Assembly (NCBI RefSeq): GCF_902459465.1
Contig: NC_047080.1
Coordinates: 3,844,001 to 3,908,000 of the forward strand
Origin: Asterias rubens
Taxonomy: Eukaryota
Direction: 5' to 3'
DNA: 64,000 nucleotides
Shown here piece by piece: positions 13,074 to 25,627 of the stretch; position 1 is the stretch's first letter; every line of letters starts with the position of its first letter. A program made the position numbers and the translations under genes. Below the pieces are notes generated by a model. It was not told where the DNA came from. It did not search any database and was given only the letters and a program-made list of their open reading frames with translations.

Positions 13074-16000
13074 ATGTTATTAAAGGGGGCAACCTTGACG
13101 CTTTTGAGTCTTGTAGTATTTGCCGTAATCTCCAAGGCCACCGGCTCACCATGGAACGAAGAGCAGCGATGGGTCTCGGAGAAGCTCGACCCCGCCCGGT
13201 ACGACGTGGCAACGCGCCCGGTCAAGAATATCACAGATGTCGTCGAAGTCACCGTGGAAATGACCGTGTTTGGCATCAGTCTCGTAAGTTTCTTCGGGAA
13301 GTCATTCAAAAGACTTATTTTAAAGGCATTGTGCACTATTGGTAAATGCACAAAGCAATTGTTAGCATTAATAACTTTTAACAGAGAGCTGTTGAAAGTG
13401 TGTGAGGAGCGGCTCCCTCTGAAGTAACGTAGTTTTTGAGAAAGGGGTAGTTTCTCACTCAGCAAAATAAGAAAATACTTTAGATAATAAGCCTTTTATT
13501 ATGCATCTAACATATTCTTGGGTAGATTTCTCAAAGAGGAAAGACTGCTCATCTCGAGTTAGGACGAGTTACTCGTCCAAAACTTAGGACTAGCTTTATG
13601 TTTTTTAGGATCATCTTTCTGATATCGACCACAGTTTTAAAAGGCAACTTTATGAAATCGGGCCCAGAGTGCGCATTGCGATGTTCAATTTACATTAAAC
13701 GGAAACGATCTATCCCTGCCCATGTGATTGTATATTATTGTCTGTGTCTCTTCATTTATTGCAGGATTCGAGGAATCAAGAATTAAGTGCAAAGTCGGTG
13801 TCTAACATGGTAAGCCTCATTATACAAAAACAATCATCCTCTTAAAGACACTGGACACGTTTGGTAATTTTCAAAGACCGCTATTCTTAAAGACACTGGA
13901 CACGTTTAGTAATTTTCAAAGACCACTATTCTCACTTGGTGTATCCCCAAAGCAGCAAATCTGTGAAAGTTTTGACTCATTTGGAACTCCCATGTTTCAC
14001 ACATTTTTGTGTGTTCAGATGCCTTATAAAGGGCTTCCGGCCCGAAGTGTTTTAACAATTGGACGAAAAGTTAACTCTCTAAAAAAAAATACGTTTAAAA
14101 CTTTAGAGGGAGTCGTATCTCCCTGTACTACAAACAGCTCTCCATTGCTCGTTACCAGGTAAGTTGTATGCTAATAATTATTGCTTTTAGAAATTACCAA
14201 TAGTATACATTGCTTAGCCTTTGTAGGCAAATTAGTCACTATGACTACAAAGAAGGCTTCGTGTCTCAAGTTGTGTACGTAGTGCATTAAATTCAGTGGC
14301 GTAAATAAATATTGAAAAGTAGGGGACATTTCCTGTGTGCCGTTAAAAGCACTGGACACTATTTGTTCTTCATCAAAATAATTGTTAGCATAAAAGCTTA
14401 CTTGGTTACGAGTAATGGAGCTATTGAAAACACTGTAAGAAACGGTTCCCTCTGAAGTAACAGGGTTTTTGGAGAAAGAAGTAATTTCTCACTGAAATGT
14501 TTGAATTGGAATTCGAGGCATCTATCTGGAAGCACACAATTGTGCGACAAGGGTGTTCGTCCTTCCATTATTCTCTCACAGCTTCGACGACCAATTGAGT
14601 CCAACTTTTCACGATAAAAATGTTGAGATAGACCAAGTGCGAATAATGGGCTTTGACAATTACAAAAGAGTGCCTTTAATCGAGTGCCTTTAATCGAGTG
14701 CCTTTAATGTTTAACTTCATAACAGCACGCAGCGTGATGCTTCTTTCCTCCTTCAGTTCGGAAATGACCAGTGTAAAGTGGGAACGCTCGCCGAACACTC
14801 CTTGCTCAATAGTCTCCCGACGGGAGTTTTTCACGCAGAGCTGTCAAAGAAACAAACACAAAGTAAAAAGGCAAAGGTGTCCAGCGCCTTTAAAGCCATT
14901 TGACCCTTTCAGTAAATAGCATTGTCCAAAGGCCCACACTTCGTGTATCACAACTTACATATAACATAACAAACCTGTGAAAATTCAGGCTCAATCGGTC
15001 ATTAGAGTCGGGAGAAAATAACGGGAAAACCCACCCTTGTATCCGCACGTTTCGCCGTGTCATGACATGTTAAAAATAAATCCGTATCGAGAAATGATAT
15101 TGTTTTCTCAAAAAGTAAAGCATTTCATGGAATAATATTTCAAGAGAAGTCTTTCACCACTACCTCCTGTAAACCCTGTAAGTTATTAGTAAATCTGTGA
15201 ACTTTTTTTTCTGTACCGAAAGGGTCCAATGGCTTCAAGTATCTTTCTCAACAATTTACATGGTTTCTCGAGGTTCGTTGAAATTGTTTTCAAGTTCTAT
15301 ATATTTTATTTAGGGTTGGGAAGATAAACGGCTGAGCTGGAACACAAGCGAGTACGGTGGGATGGAGTCCATTGTCGTAAAAGCCAATAGGGTGTGGTAT
15401 CCAAACATCTTAATCCTGAACGCGTAAGTTTGGTTTTCTTTTAAAGACAGTGGACACTATTGGTAATTGTCAAAGACCAGTCATCTTACTTGGTGTATCT
15501 CAACATATGCATAAAATAACAAACCTGTGAAAGTTTGAGCTCAATTGGTCATCGAAGGTGCGAGATATGAATGAAATAAAAAACACCCTTGTCACACGAA
15601 GTTGTGTGCTTTCAGATGCTTGATTTCGAGGCCTAAAATTCTAAACTTGAGGTCTCGAAATCAAATTCGTCGAAAATTACTTCTTTCTCGAAAACTATGT
15701 CACTTGAGAGGGAGCCATTTCTCACAATGTTTTACACTATCAACGTCTCCCCATTACTCGGTACCAAGTGAGGTTTTATGCTGATAATTATTTTGAGTAG
15801 TTACCAGTAGTGTCCACTGCCTTTAAATTATTGGGGACTTTATTGATGAAGATGAGACTAACACCTTTTCAACAACAAAACTACTTTCTTAACTGGGACA
15901 ACAACTTACTAGCAATACTGCCACAATATATTGCCCACAAATGCCCACGGCTGTTCTCCTCGCTTGTTTTGCTTAGCAATTACATTTTCTGCTAAATACT

Positions 16001-17361
16001 GTCATGAAGTTGGGCTGATGATATGCCAAACGCGAAATTAGTGTTATTTATTTCTCATCAAATATGACATTTCAGACAGAAATATTTCGAGGGGATATTG
16101 TTTGTGCTCATCATTAGACCGTGTAAGTTTTAACGTAAATCTGTGACCTAGGATGAGTTTTGTTTCTATTACAAATTATTCTGTAATGTTCCCTTAGTAT
16201 CATATCAGAAGACTATATTGTGTGTAACTTTTTATTGCAGAATTAGTGGTAGCACATTAATCCCAAGTGATACGGAACTCCTGATTACGAATGAAGGTGC
16301 AATCTTTGTAAGTGTATCTCGTTACCTCAGCACGCAATGCTATCTCAATCAGGAATTATTCCCCTATGATACCCAAGTTTGTTGGATTTATCTCGGTATA
16401 AGAGGCACCCCAAGTGACGTCGTGTCTCTGACTGCATTGCAACACGGTCAGAACGAAGCGTTGATCGCAGAAACAACAAATTGGGAGCTAAAGAACGTCT
16501 CTCTCGTAGACACGTCCGCCCCCGCATGTATCGAGCACAGTGCCTCGGTGTCGTGCCGGCATGTCGCACTGGTATCAACATACATCTGCATTAAGCGCTT
16601 GGGAGGGTACTACGTGTACACGGCTATAATCCCCGTCAGTATTCTGACAGTGATGGCTTCGTTTGTCTTCTTGCTGCCCTCTGGATGTGGAGAGAAGCTC
16701 TCCTTCAGCGTTTCGGTCTTCTTTGGATTCGTCATCTTCCAGTTGGTTCTGCTTGATGGTCTGGCAGAGACGGGAGACGGCAAGCCATCTATTCTGGTAC
16801 GATACGTCATGTTTACCTTTGTATTGACTGGTATTGCTGTAATAGAGTCAGCAATCACCCTCATCCTACGCAATCAAAACGACAATCCCGAGGCGAGACT
16901 TCCAGTCAACAAAGTAGAGCCCTTGAAGAATGACAATGAGCCACAAGATGACAGCGAGGTAACTTTGCACGGGCTTCAAATAGCGGTAAGATTGCAATAC
17001 CCGTCTTTGACCACCATCTTTGATGTAAAACAATGGAAAAGTGCACGAGTGTACACTCTGCGCACAACTCTCAGCCAATGATAGCCTCACACGCCTCACA
17101 TCAAAGATGGCAGTCAATAACGTCATGTGCAGCTTATAATAGCTGACAATCCCCACAGCTTATTCTGCAAATTGACTAATATTGTTTTGAAGTTAATATG
17201 TTTTGTTGTCTTTACAGAAAAGTGTACCTCGTAATTGGGAGAAGATAGCTGTTTATGTCGACCGAATCTCATTTGTCCTCTTCTGGATTGTCTACATTAC
17301 TGTCTTGATCACACTTGTTGCTGAGTTACTTGATGATCCTGGGTGTCCCGAATACTTGTAG
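13074..17361 (+). CDS. Divergent nicotinic-acetylcholine-receptor-like Cys-loop ligand-gated cation channel subunit, paralog 1 (408 aa)
   Basis: Exons 13074-13283, 13765-13809, 15314-15423, 16241-16958, 17218-17361 (1227 nt, in frame). Signal peptide, RPV, WxDxRLxW, WxP, Cys-loop CYLNQELFPYDTQVC (C-x13-C), M1-M3, GEK before M2, M4 with VDR. The 45-nt and 110-nt exons are typical of nAChR genes. Confidence 0.92.
13845..14703. mobile_element. Two adjacent Kolobok-like family A MITEs with terminal micro-duplications
   Basis: The ~13845-14218 copy has a duplicated ~45-bp terminus. The ~14347-14703 copy ends in three copies of gagtgcctttaa. Confidence 0.7.
14894..15234. mobile_element. Kolobok-like TTAA MITE, family B
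   Basis: ttaa|agccatttgaccc...gggtccaatggct. Copies at 20662-21034, 25628-25993 and a partial copy at ~34830-34965. Confidence 0.78.
15445..15822. mobile_element. Kolobok-like TTAA MITE, family A
   Basis: TTAA on both sides (15441-15444, 15823-15826). TIR agacagtggacacta/tagtgtccactgcct. Inserted 21 nt downstream of the exon 3 donor of receptor paralog 1. Confidence 0.85.
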
Positions 17362-18289
17362 ACGTAACGCCCGCTTCAGGCAGGCGCGAATCCAGAGTCG
17401 CGCCGAACCAAATTCTGATTTCCCAGTACATGAAAAGTTCGACGTCTGAAACAGTTAGGGTGATCGACTGTTGCAGTTGTTCGGAACGACTCTGGGGCAC
17501 CTTGGTTTCAAACGTTGATCTTGTCATGAGCCGAGCCAATTTAAATGTGATGATAAGTTCGCCTGTCTGAAACCAAAATTGATAACAGCGCGAGTAAAAG
17601 CAGCCAATAAAATTATGTTTCAACATCCTATATACGATACTGTTGTAGATCTGCTGTAGATGTCTAGTAGTCACAATAAGCTACCGTTGTTACAGATATT
17701 GTTTGTTACTATAATATGCGTAATATATTAATTTTGTATTGTGTAATTATTTATTTTGTATCTTGGTAGGGTCTGAAACAATCATGATGACAGTTTGTTA
17801 ATTTTTGTCTTGACCCGTACACCTTTAAATGTATGTACTATAAGGAAGCTTCGCCACTCGCGTGCGTGGTCTCCTCTTCCAGTCGCTTGCGGATCGCGGC
17901 TCTCTCCAAGCCACGCAGGCCTTGGCAAACGGCTAGATGCGCCATAGCTCACCACCATCTTCATCATGTTCGGAGATTTAAAATAAAATAAAATTTAATT
18001 ATTACTGATGCATTGCGCTATTGCGCAGCCTATTTAAAGACAGTGGGCACTATTGGTAATTGACCAAGGCCAGTCTTCTCACTTGGTGTATCTCATCATG
18101 TGCATAAAATATCAAACCTGTGAAAATTTGAACTCAATTGGTCGTTGACGTTGTGAGATAATAATGAAAGAAAAAAACACCCTTGTCACACGAAATCGTG
18201 TGCATTTAGATGGTTGATTTCAAGACCTCAAATTCTAAACTTGAGGTCTCGAAATCAAATTCGTGGAAAATTACTTCTTTCTCACTGTC

Positions 18290-18511
18290 TTGCTTTATTC
18301 TACTGCCGTGGAGTAGATAATCGGAGGTTCGGGAGACTTCTCAGTTCTGAAAAGAACTGTCCTGCTTTTTAACTATTACCAGGGCGGATGGTATAGAAAT
18401 TAGACTGGACAACTACTTTAGCTTATAGGATCGTAATTAACTGTACTGCCGCGGAGTCAGTTCTGAAATTGGTCTCAACGTTTCGACTAGCTTGCTCTAG
18501 TCATCGTCAGG
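18290..18511 (-). mobile_element. Penelope-like retroelement fragment starting with a hammerhead-like core
   Basis: Minus strand begins ctgacga-t-gactag-agcaag-ctagtc-gaaacgtt, the typical PLE terminal motif. It abuts a truncated family A MITE (~18036-18290). Confidence 0.5.
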
Positions 18512-19244
18512 TAACATCATGTTCTTCTTATTATCGAATTAGAATGTGAGAACAATATCACACATGAAGACTAGTAAACTTTGTTTAAAGGCACATACAC
18601 GTTTGGTATAGTTGTAAAAGACTTAAGCATCAAATAACAAATCTGTGAAAATTTCTGCTCAACTGGTCATCGAATTTGCAAGAGAATAACGCAAGAAAAA
18701 ACACCCTTGTTGCATTAATTTATGTGCTTTCAGATGCATAATAAAAGGTTGGAAAAACTGTTGTTTAATTGAGACGAATTTTAATTAAAATCTCCAAGCT
18801 GGAATAAAAACAAAAATTCAAATCTTCAGGAGACAATTTTTTGGGGTGAGGTTTCTATCACCAAACATCGAACTTGTTTGTTTGTGAATTATAACAGAGG
18901 GCGCACCTGTATAAAAAATAATGCATTTCTACCACAGGCAGTTGGTTTTTGATTTTAATAACAATCCTTGCGAGAGAGTTGCTCAGTGTAAACACCATTA
19001 AATTGTTAATGTATGCGCCCCGAAGCAGGTCACCGAGCATGTACTGTGATGCATTGGATACTTCACCACAGTCGCCAGCAAACATCTTACCTAATAACAG
19101 CTTCAATACTAATTGTCTTCAGAGTGAGAAGGGGAATTATAATTCTACCTTGAGTCGGGCGACATAGAGGAGGCGATCAAAGGAGTATAGAGTGAGTGCA
19201 AGTTGTTTGATTTCTCTCTAAAAAAAATGTGTAACAGATGTTAA

Positions 19245-19616
19245 AGGAACACGTTGCCTTGGATCGGACGAGTTGGTCTATAACAAATGTTTTGTAACCA
19301 TTAATTGTTATAAAATGCATATGGTTGGAAAGATGTTTTAAAAGTAGAACACAATATTATTTGCCTCGAAATTGCGTGGTTTTCCTTTAACTTTGCGAAC
19401 AAACACGGTCGGCCATTTGTGGGAGTCAAAAATTTGACTCCCACGAATGGCCGACCGTGTTTGTCGACGAGGTAAGAGGAAAACCACGCAATTTCGAGTG
19501 ATACTTGTGTGGATCATTATATTATACTTTTAAAATATCTTTCTAATCATATTATAACAAACGGTTACAAATGCTTTTCAAAGACCAACTCGACCGATCC
19601 AAGGCAACGTGTTCCT
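19245..19616. mobile_element. Fold-back TTAA MITE (almost entirely palindromic)
   Basis: ttaa|aggaacacgttgccttggatcgg ... ccgatccaaggcaacgtgttcct|ttaa. Arms extend to a central ggccatttgtgggagtcaaa/tttgactcccacgaatggcc hairpin. Confidence 0.88.
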
Positions 19617-19816
19617 TTAAATTTCCATAGCGATAAAGAATATTGATTTCACTGATGTGTACTCCGTTCTTTCCCGAGTTCCTTAAAAACAAATCACATG
19701 CATTTTATTACTCGGGCGGGATTCGAACCCACGACCTTTGCAACCCTAGAGCAGTGTCATAGGCCCTACCAACTGACAAGACAATTAGTGTACTTGTCAA
19801 AACAAAATTCATTTAA

Positions 19817-20176
19817 AGACACTGGACACTATTGGTAATTGTCAAAGACCAGTCTTCTCACTTGGTGTATCTCATTATAATATGCATAAAATAACAAACC
19901 TGAGAAAATTATGAGCTCGATCGTCGGAGTTGCGAGATAACTATGAACGAAAAAAAGCACCCTTGTCACACGAAGTTGTGTGTTTTCAAGTGCTTGATTT
20001 GGAGGCCTCAAATTCTAAATTCGTGGAAAATTACTTCTTTCTCGAAAACTATGTCACTTCAGTGGGAGCCGTTTCTCACAATGTTTTATACTATCAACCT
20101 CTCCCCAATACTCATTACCAAGTAAGGTTTTATGCTGATAGATATTTTGAGTAATTACCAATAGTGTCCACTGCCT
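19817..20176. mobile_element. Kolobok-like TTAA MITE, family A
   Basis: Same TIRs and body as 15445-15822. Confidence 0.82.
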
Positions 20177-20661
20177 AAACGCTTCACGAACAATAATTGT
20201 TTAGACAAAGCTGTAAAATAAACGTGAATCTGTTGAGGTCTCTTGAAGTTCGACTGACTACCAGCAAAAACAAATAATAAACGTTGTTCATTATGTATGC
20301 ATGACTACACCTGTTTCATAGTTACACACTGAAGTTTATGGGGAGTGATATTATGTCAAAGTAAAACAAATTTCACAGTTTCATATTTGACTGCGTATCC
20401 GTATAGCTGGTTATTGCGTTTTTGCTAGCATCTTATTCTGTTGTATAGATGTTGGTGAAGAGGTAATGTCTCACAAGAATACTTGGAAAGGACTGTAAGC
20501 CTGAGCCATGTTTCAGGCTTCTGAAAGCACTAAAATTTGTAGTGTATTTGCCGTGTTTTCAGGTTATTGCACAACATGATAATCAAATGTAGCACTTTCA
20601 AGACTAACTAGTAAAACGTATATATATGTATAATACTAATGTATTATTAGTCAGTCATTAA

Positions 20662-21034
20662 AGCTATAGTGGTCACTTTCGGTAAACGGCATTGTCCATG
20701 GCCCACACTTCGCGTGTCACAACTATTATATAAAATAACAAACCTGTGAAAATTTAGGCTCAATCGGTCATCGGAGTCGGGAGAAAATAACGGAAAAACC
20801 CACCCTTGTTTCTGCACGTTTCGCCGTGTCATGACATGTGTTTAAAATAAATCCGTAATTCGCTATATCGAGAATTGATATTGTTGTAATATAATGTTTT
20901 CTCAAAAAGTAAAGCATTTCATGAAATAATATTTCAACAGAAGTCTTTCACCATTACCTTCTGTGAACCCTGTAAGTTATTTGTAAATCTGTGAACTTTT
21001 AATGTGTTTTCTGTTTCGAAAGTGTCTAATGGCT
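20662..21034. mobile_element. Kolobok-like TTAA MITE, family B
   Basis: TTAA flanks; body matches 14894-15234 and 25628-25993. Confidence 0.8.
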
Positions 21035-21641
21035 TTAAAGTACTATATTATTTTAATGCCCTCTTTGCAATCATTCGTATCCACAAGTATGGACTGGCTT
21101 TAGACTTCTTAGAATATAAAGAGAGTGAAACGTTTCGCCCATGAGATTTTGAGAAAGAACAAATGAAAGCTATTAAATTATTAATGGAAGCGTGCTGTTT
21201 TCGACTCCCGTTTATACAAATGCCTCAAGATCAGAGTTGACATAATACGTGATATATCATTGTACGCGTTTATTAAATCAATTAGTATTTTGGGGTCAAG
21301 GACGAATTAACTCCTTCCATTACTCGTATCCGGGCTGCTTTTTGGTCAAGCAGAGAGTTCATGTTGATGTGAATTGATGGGGCCTTTTAGAGCTGCTGCT
21401 GTTCGTTCATTGATTGAAAAGCAAAGGTAGATTAGAGTCGCCATTAATAACATAAAGTCACATGATGAAAGATCACTCAGCCTTGACAGTGAGAGCAGTG
21501 ATGAGTCTATTACATGGTGTTACCGCAAACTCTTCTATAGCCTTGACACAGTGAGAGTAGAGAATAGTATTTAACGAAACAGTTTCAGAACTCTATATAA
21601 TAATTTCAACAGCTAAAAATTCACTCTCAAATTGTTTCAGA

Positions 21642-24600
21642 ATGATAATGAGAGCAATCTTGACGCTTTTGAGTCTTGGAGTATTTGCCGTAATCTCCAA
21701 GGCCACCGGCTCACCATGGAACGAAGAGCAGCGATGGGTCTCGGAGAAGCTCGACCCCGCCCGGTACGATGTGGCAACGCGCCCGGTCAAGAATATCGCA
21801 GATGCCGTCAATGTGACAGTGGAAATGGTTCTGGTTAAAATCGTCGGACTCGTAAGTTTCTTACACGACTCGGAAAGGGCGGGAGACCTTTTCAGTTCTG
21901 ATCCTATAGTCTTTGGTGATTCTGTCTTCGCTAAGTTGATGAACACCACGATTGTGTGGGAACTTTTTCTTTCTTCCATTAATTGGTGCACCGTGTGTCT
22001 ATTGCAAACTGTGTAAGATTTGAATTAACAATATTATGTAGTTTCATGTTAGACACCGCAACCCCGTACATGTAAATTAATTGATGTCATTGTCTCTGTA
22101 TCTTTTGCAGGATTCAAAGACTCAACTATTAACAGCCGTAACTTCATCTAACATGGTATGCCACTTTATTTATCCTCGTATAAAATATGTTAAAACTATA
22201 CTTTCAGCATCAAGTTTGATATGTTTGATTATTTTTTTAAAGGGTTGGGAAGATAAACGTCTTAGCTGGAACACAAGCGAGTACAGTGGGATGGAGTCCA
22301 TTGTCGTTCAAGCCAATATGGTGTGGTATCCAAACGTCTTAATACTGAATGCGTAAGTTATTTTTCATTTATTTTTTTAAGCAAGGGCCCAATTCGCCTG
22401 AACATGTGACGGCACTTGAGCAAGTTCGAGTGTGCACAATGGTTAAATACAGGTTGACCATTTTGACTCGAACACAGGCTCACCTGGTAGACCATTTGGA
22501 ACCAGCCTCGAGCCCATGGTTTCTTCACTGGTCCCAACATCATGTTCCATTCTAACATGTGTTAAGCGCAGAGGGGAACCAGTGACACTTTGGCGAAAAG
22601 GTTGAAGGTTGACTAGACTAGCAAACGAGTCGTTCGGGTGAGTACGTCACTGCGCATGTGGTCTGTGGTCGACCACTGGTGGACTAAATGTGCGCACTCG
22701 AACTTGCTCTTTATGCCTCGTGAATTACGCCAGAGAGTGTCCTCTAGCCTAGGTCAATACCCGCCCATCTTCACCTCCACCTACATTCATGTGCAGACGA
22801 CCGAGAGTGCAGGTGCCAAATGTCACCTCGGACCAAACTACCTCCATAGACCAATCAAGACACTATGGGTGCGTTCGTTTAGCTTCCCTGTGTCTACCCC
22901 GCGGTGCTCACTCGGGTGAGCCCCTGACAAGAGCTAAACAAACGACCACTCACAGCTCTCGCAGAGTGACGTCGTTTTACCTGGGACCAGCCCCCAAGTG
23001 ACCCACTCCACAAACAGGGCACTTGGGGCTGACCTGGGTGAGCCCCTGGGATGACGTCAAAAGCTATTCGAACGCACCGGGGCAGACCGGGGATGACCCA
23101 GGGAAGCTAAACGAACGCACCCAAAATGGAAACCTTATTACGTCACTGCATGGTTATCCAATGAAATCACTGTATCTAGTAAAATCACTGGTTCTGAAAG
23201 CAAGTACCTGTCTTTACCCCTGCGGATGAATACAGTGGACCAGTTTATGGCCCAATAGGGGACTTTGAAACGCCAGGAGGCAACAGACTTACCAAGTAAT
23301 CTGAGCAAGCGCACAGGAACAATAGGTTACCCTGATAAGACTGCTGCCACCTAGCGTCCAAAAAGTCCCCCATTTCATGAAACTGTTACTACTACCAAGG
23401 ATAAAATCGCTTATGACGGGAAACAAAATAAAGGTGGGCTTTGCATCCGTCACTGATGTTTATATATAAACGATTTTATAAAGATGCATGTGTTTGTCTA
23501 TAACTCTTTCAGAATCGATGAGAACACATTAATCCCAAGCGATACGGAGGTTCTGGTAACGAGTGAAGGTGAACTGTTTGTAAGGGCCCAACGTACCCAT
23601 GACACGCAATGCTTTCTCAAGCAGGAGCTATTCCCGTTTGATACCCAAGATTGTTTGCTTGTCCTCGGTACGAGAGGCGCCCCCAGTGACGTCATCGCTC
23701 TAACTGCGTCACAATATGTTCAGAGCCCAAAGAACATCGGCTCGAACGCGAACTGGGAGCTGGAGAGTGTCTTACCCGTGGAAGGGTACTCTGTCGAGTG
23801 CATCAAACACCGCAGTGCATTAGATGGTGAGGTTCAGTGTCAACGGAGCTCCCAGATTGTGTTAGCTCTTTGCTTGCACCGGGTGCCGAAGTACTACATG
23901 TACACGATCATGGCACCCACCGCAATCCTGACAATGTTGGCATCAATTGTCTTCTGGCTGCCCCCGGAATGTGGCGAGAAGCTCTCGTTCGGCGTCTCGG
24001 TCTTCTTCGGATTCGTCATCTTCCAGTTGGTCCTGGAGAATGATTTGGCCGATGCGGGAAACGGCAAACCATCTATTCTGGTACGATACGAGTTGTGTAA
24101 CTTTACGCTGACGGGTGTTGCTTTATTGGTGTCGGCATTCACCCTCATCCTGCGTAATAAAACCGACGATCACGATGCGGCGAAAGACCGACACGTCACA
24201 TCAGAGGAGACTTTACAAAGGAATGGCGACGTGCCCAGGTCGCAGGATGACGAGGTAACTCGTTATACGTTACAGTCAGCGGTGAGTCATATTTCCACTC
24301 ATTATATAACAATTCTCATGTTTGATAATTAGAGTTAATACTAGTATTACGAGTTACTCGTCCTAACTATGGATCAGCCTTAAAGATGTTAATATCTCCC
24401 AGGACTAGTCATAACTCTTTGTAAAATCGACCGGCCCCAGGTTGTGTTCCTTTTCACTCCCTATACAGCTTTATTCTGCAATATTGTAAAAAAAAATTCT
24501 ACAGCTTATTCTGCATATTATGGTTCACTTGTTAAGGATATGTTTCTTTGTCTTTACAGAAAAGGGTACATCGTAATTGGAAGCAGACAGCTGTTTATGT

Positions 24601-24697
24601 CGACCGAATCTCATTTGTCCTGTTTTGGATTGCATACGCCTTTTTCTTGATCCCACTGATTGTTGAGGTAGCTTATTACTCCAGGAAGTGTGAATAG
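21642..24697 (+). CDS. Divergent nicotinic-acetylcholine-receptor-like Cys-loop ligand-gated cation channel subunit, paralog 2 (414 aa)
   Basis: Exons 21642-21851, 22111-22155, 22243-22352, 23513-24254, 24560-24697 (1245 nt, in frame). Same exon structure as paralog 1. Cys-loop CFLKQELFPFDTQDC, CGEKLSFGVSVFFGF M2, M4 WKQTAVYVDRISF. Confidence 0.92.
22867..23122. mobile_element. PIF/Harbinger-like MITE
   Basis: Same TIRs as 9148-9374. Confidence 0.78.
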
Positions 24698-25627
24698 TTC
24701 ACTTAGCAGTGGTTGACGGTCTCCACACCTTGGTCTTGGTCTTTATCACCGAGCCCCTTTCACACGAGAGCAATGTTAGCAGAGAGTTCCTTGCTAAATT
24801 GTTCTTAGCCCCTTTCACATGAGAGCAATTTAGCAAGGGTCCCTTGCTAAATAACTTGTAAAGCATGGTTGTAAATAGACTCTCCAAGTTCGTTTGCCAA
24901 ATCTTGTCAAACATTATTCCGAGTATAGGGCCTACGGTTTTATGCGTATTTTTGAGTAATTGCCAACCGTGTTCAGTGCCTTTAATCATTAGCATTCATG
25001 CTCAAACCAATTGGAAGATACAGAACAACGATGATCACTTCATTTAATTGTGATGAATCCAGATAATTTAAAATTGACATGAATCCTTTCCATTGAATCC
25101 AGATAATTTAAAATTGACATGAATCCTTTCCATTGAAATCTGCACCATATAATAGAATTGGTCTGTCACTAATTACAAATGCTTATTCGACTGGGTAGCA
25201 AGCCTATCCATTAATGGCGCACTGATCTAACTGGGTAATTAAGGGACCCGGAGACCGCACATTATAGTATTCAATCTAAATGACAGGGCCGGGAAGTGCT
25301 TAGTCGAGGGTGGGGGGGGGGGGAATGAACAAACACAATCCCTTCTGCCTGTGAGTAAAAAGCAATTTATACATCAACCTCATATAAACCTCACTTCAAT
25401 TTTTCAATTGTCTATAAATATGTTGCCCTTTTTGCCAAACATACAATTTCAATCATGTTAAATGCTATATGTACATAAGTCGATATAACTATAAGTAGAC
25501 GGAAATATCTGTAATTTGTGCTGAAACATTACTTTGGTTATCATAACTTGTTCATGAAATTCAAGAATCATCTTTTGTTTATTATATTTTTTTGTATCTG
25601 GTTTAAAACCATCACACCTTTAGTTAA

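Noticed and set aside
12840-13427. 195-aa ORF as a complete protein; likewise 16218-17081 and 23484-24332
   Set aside because: These are single exons read through into flanking introns. Splice signals define the true exon limits.
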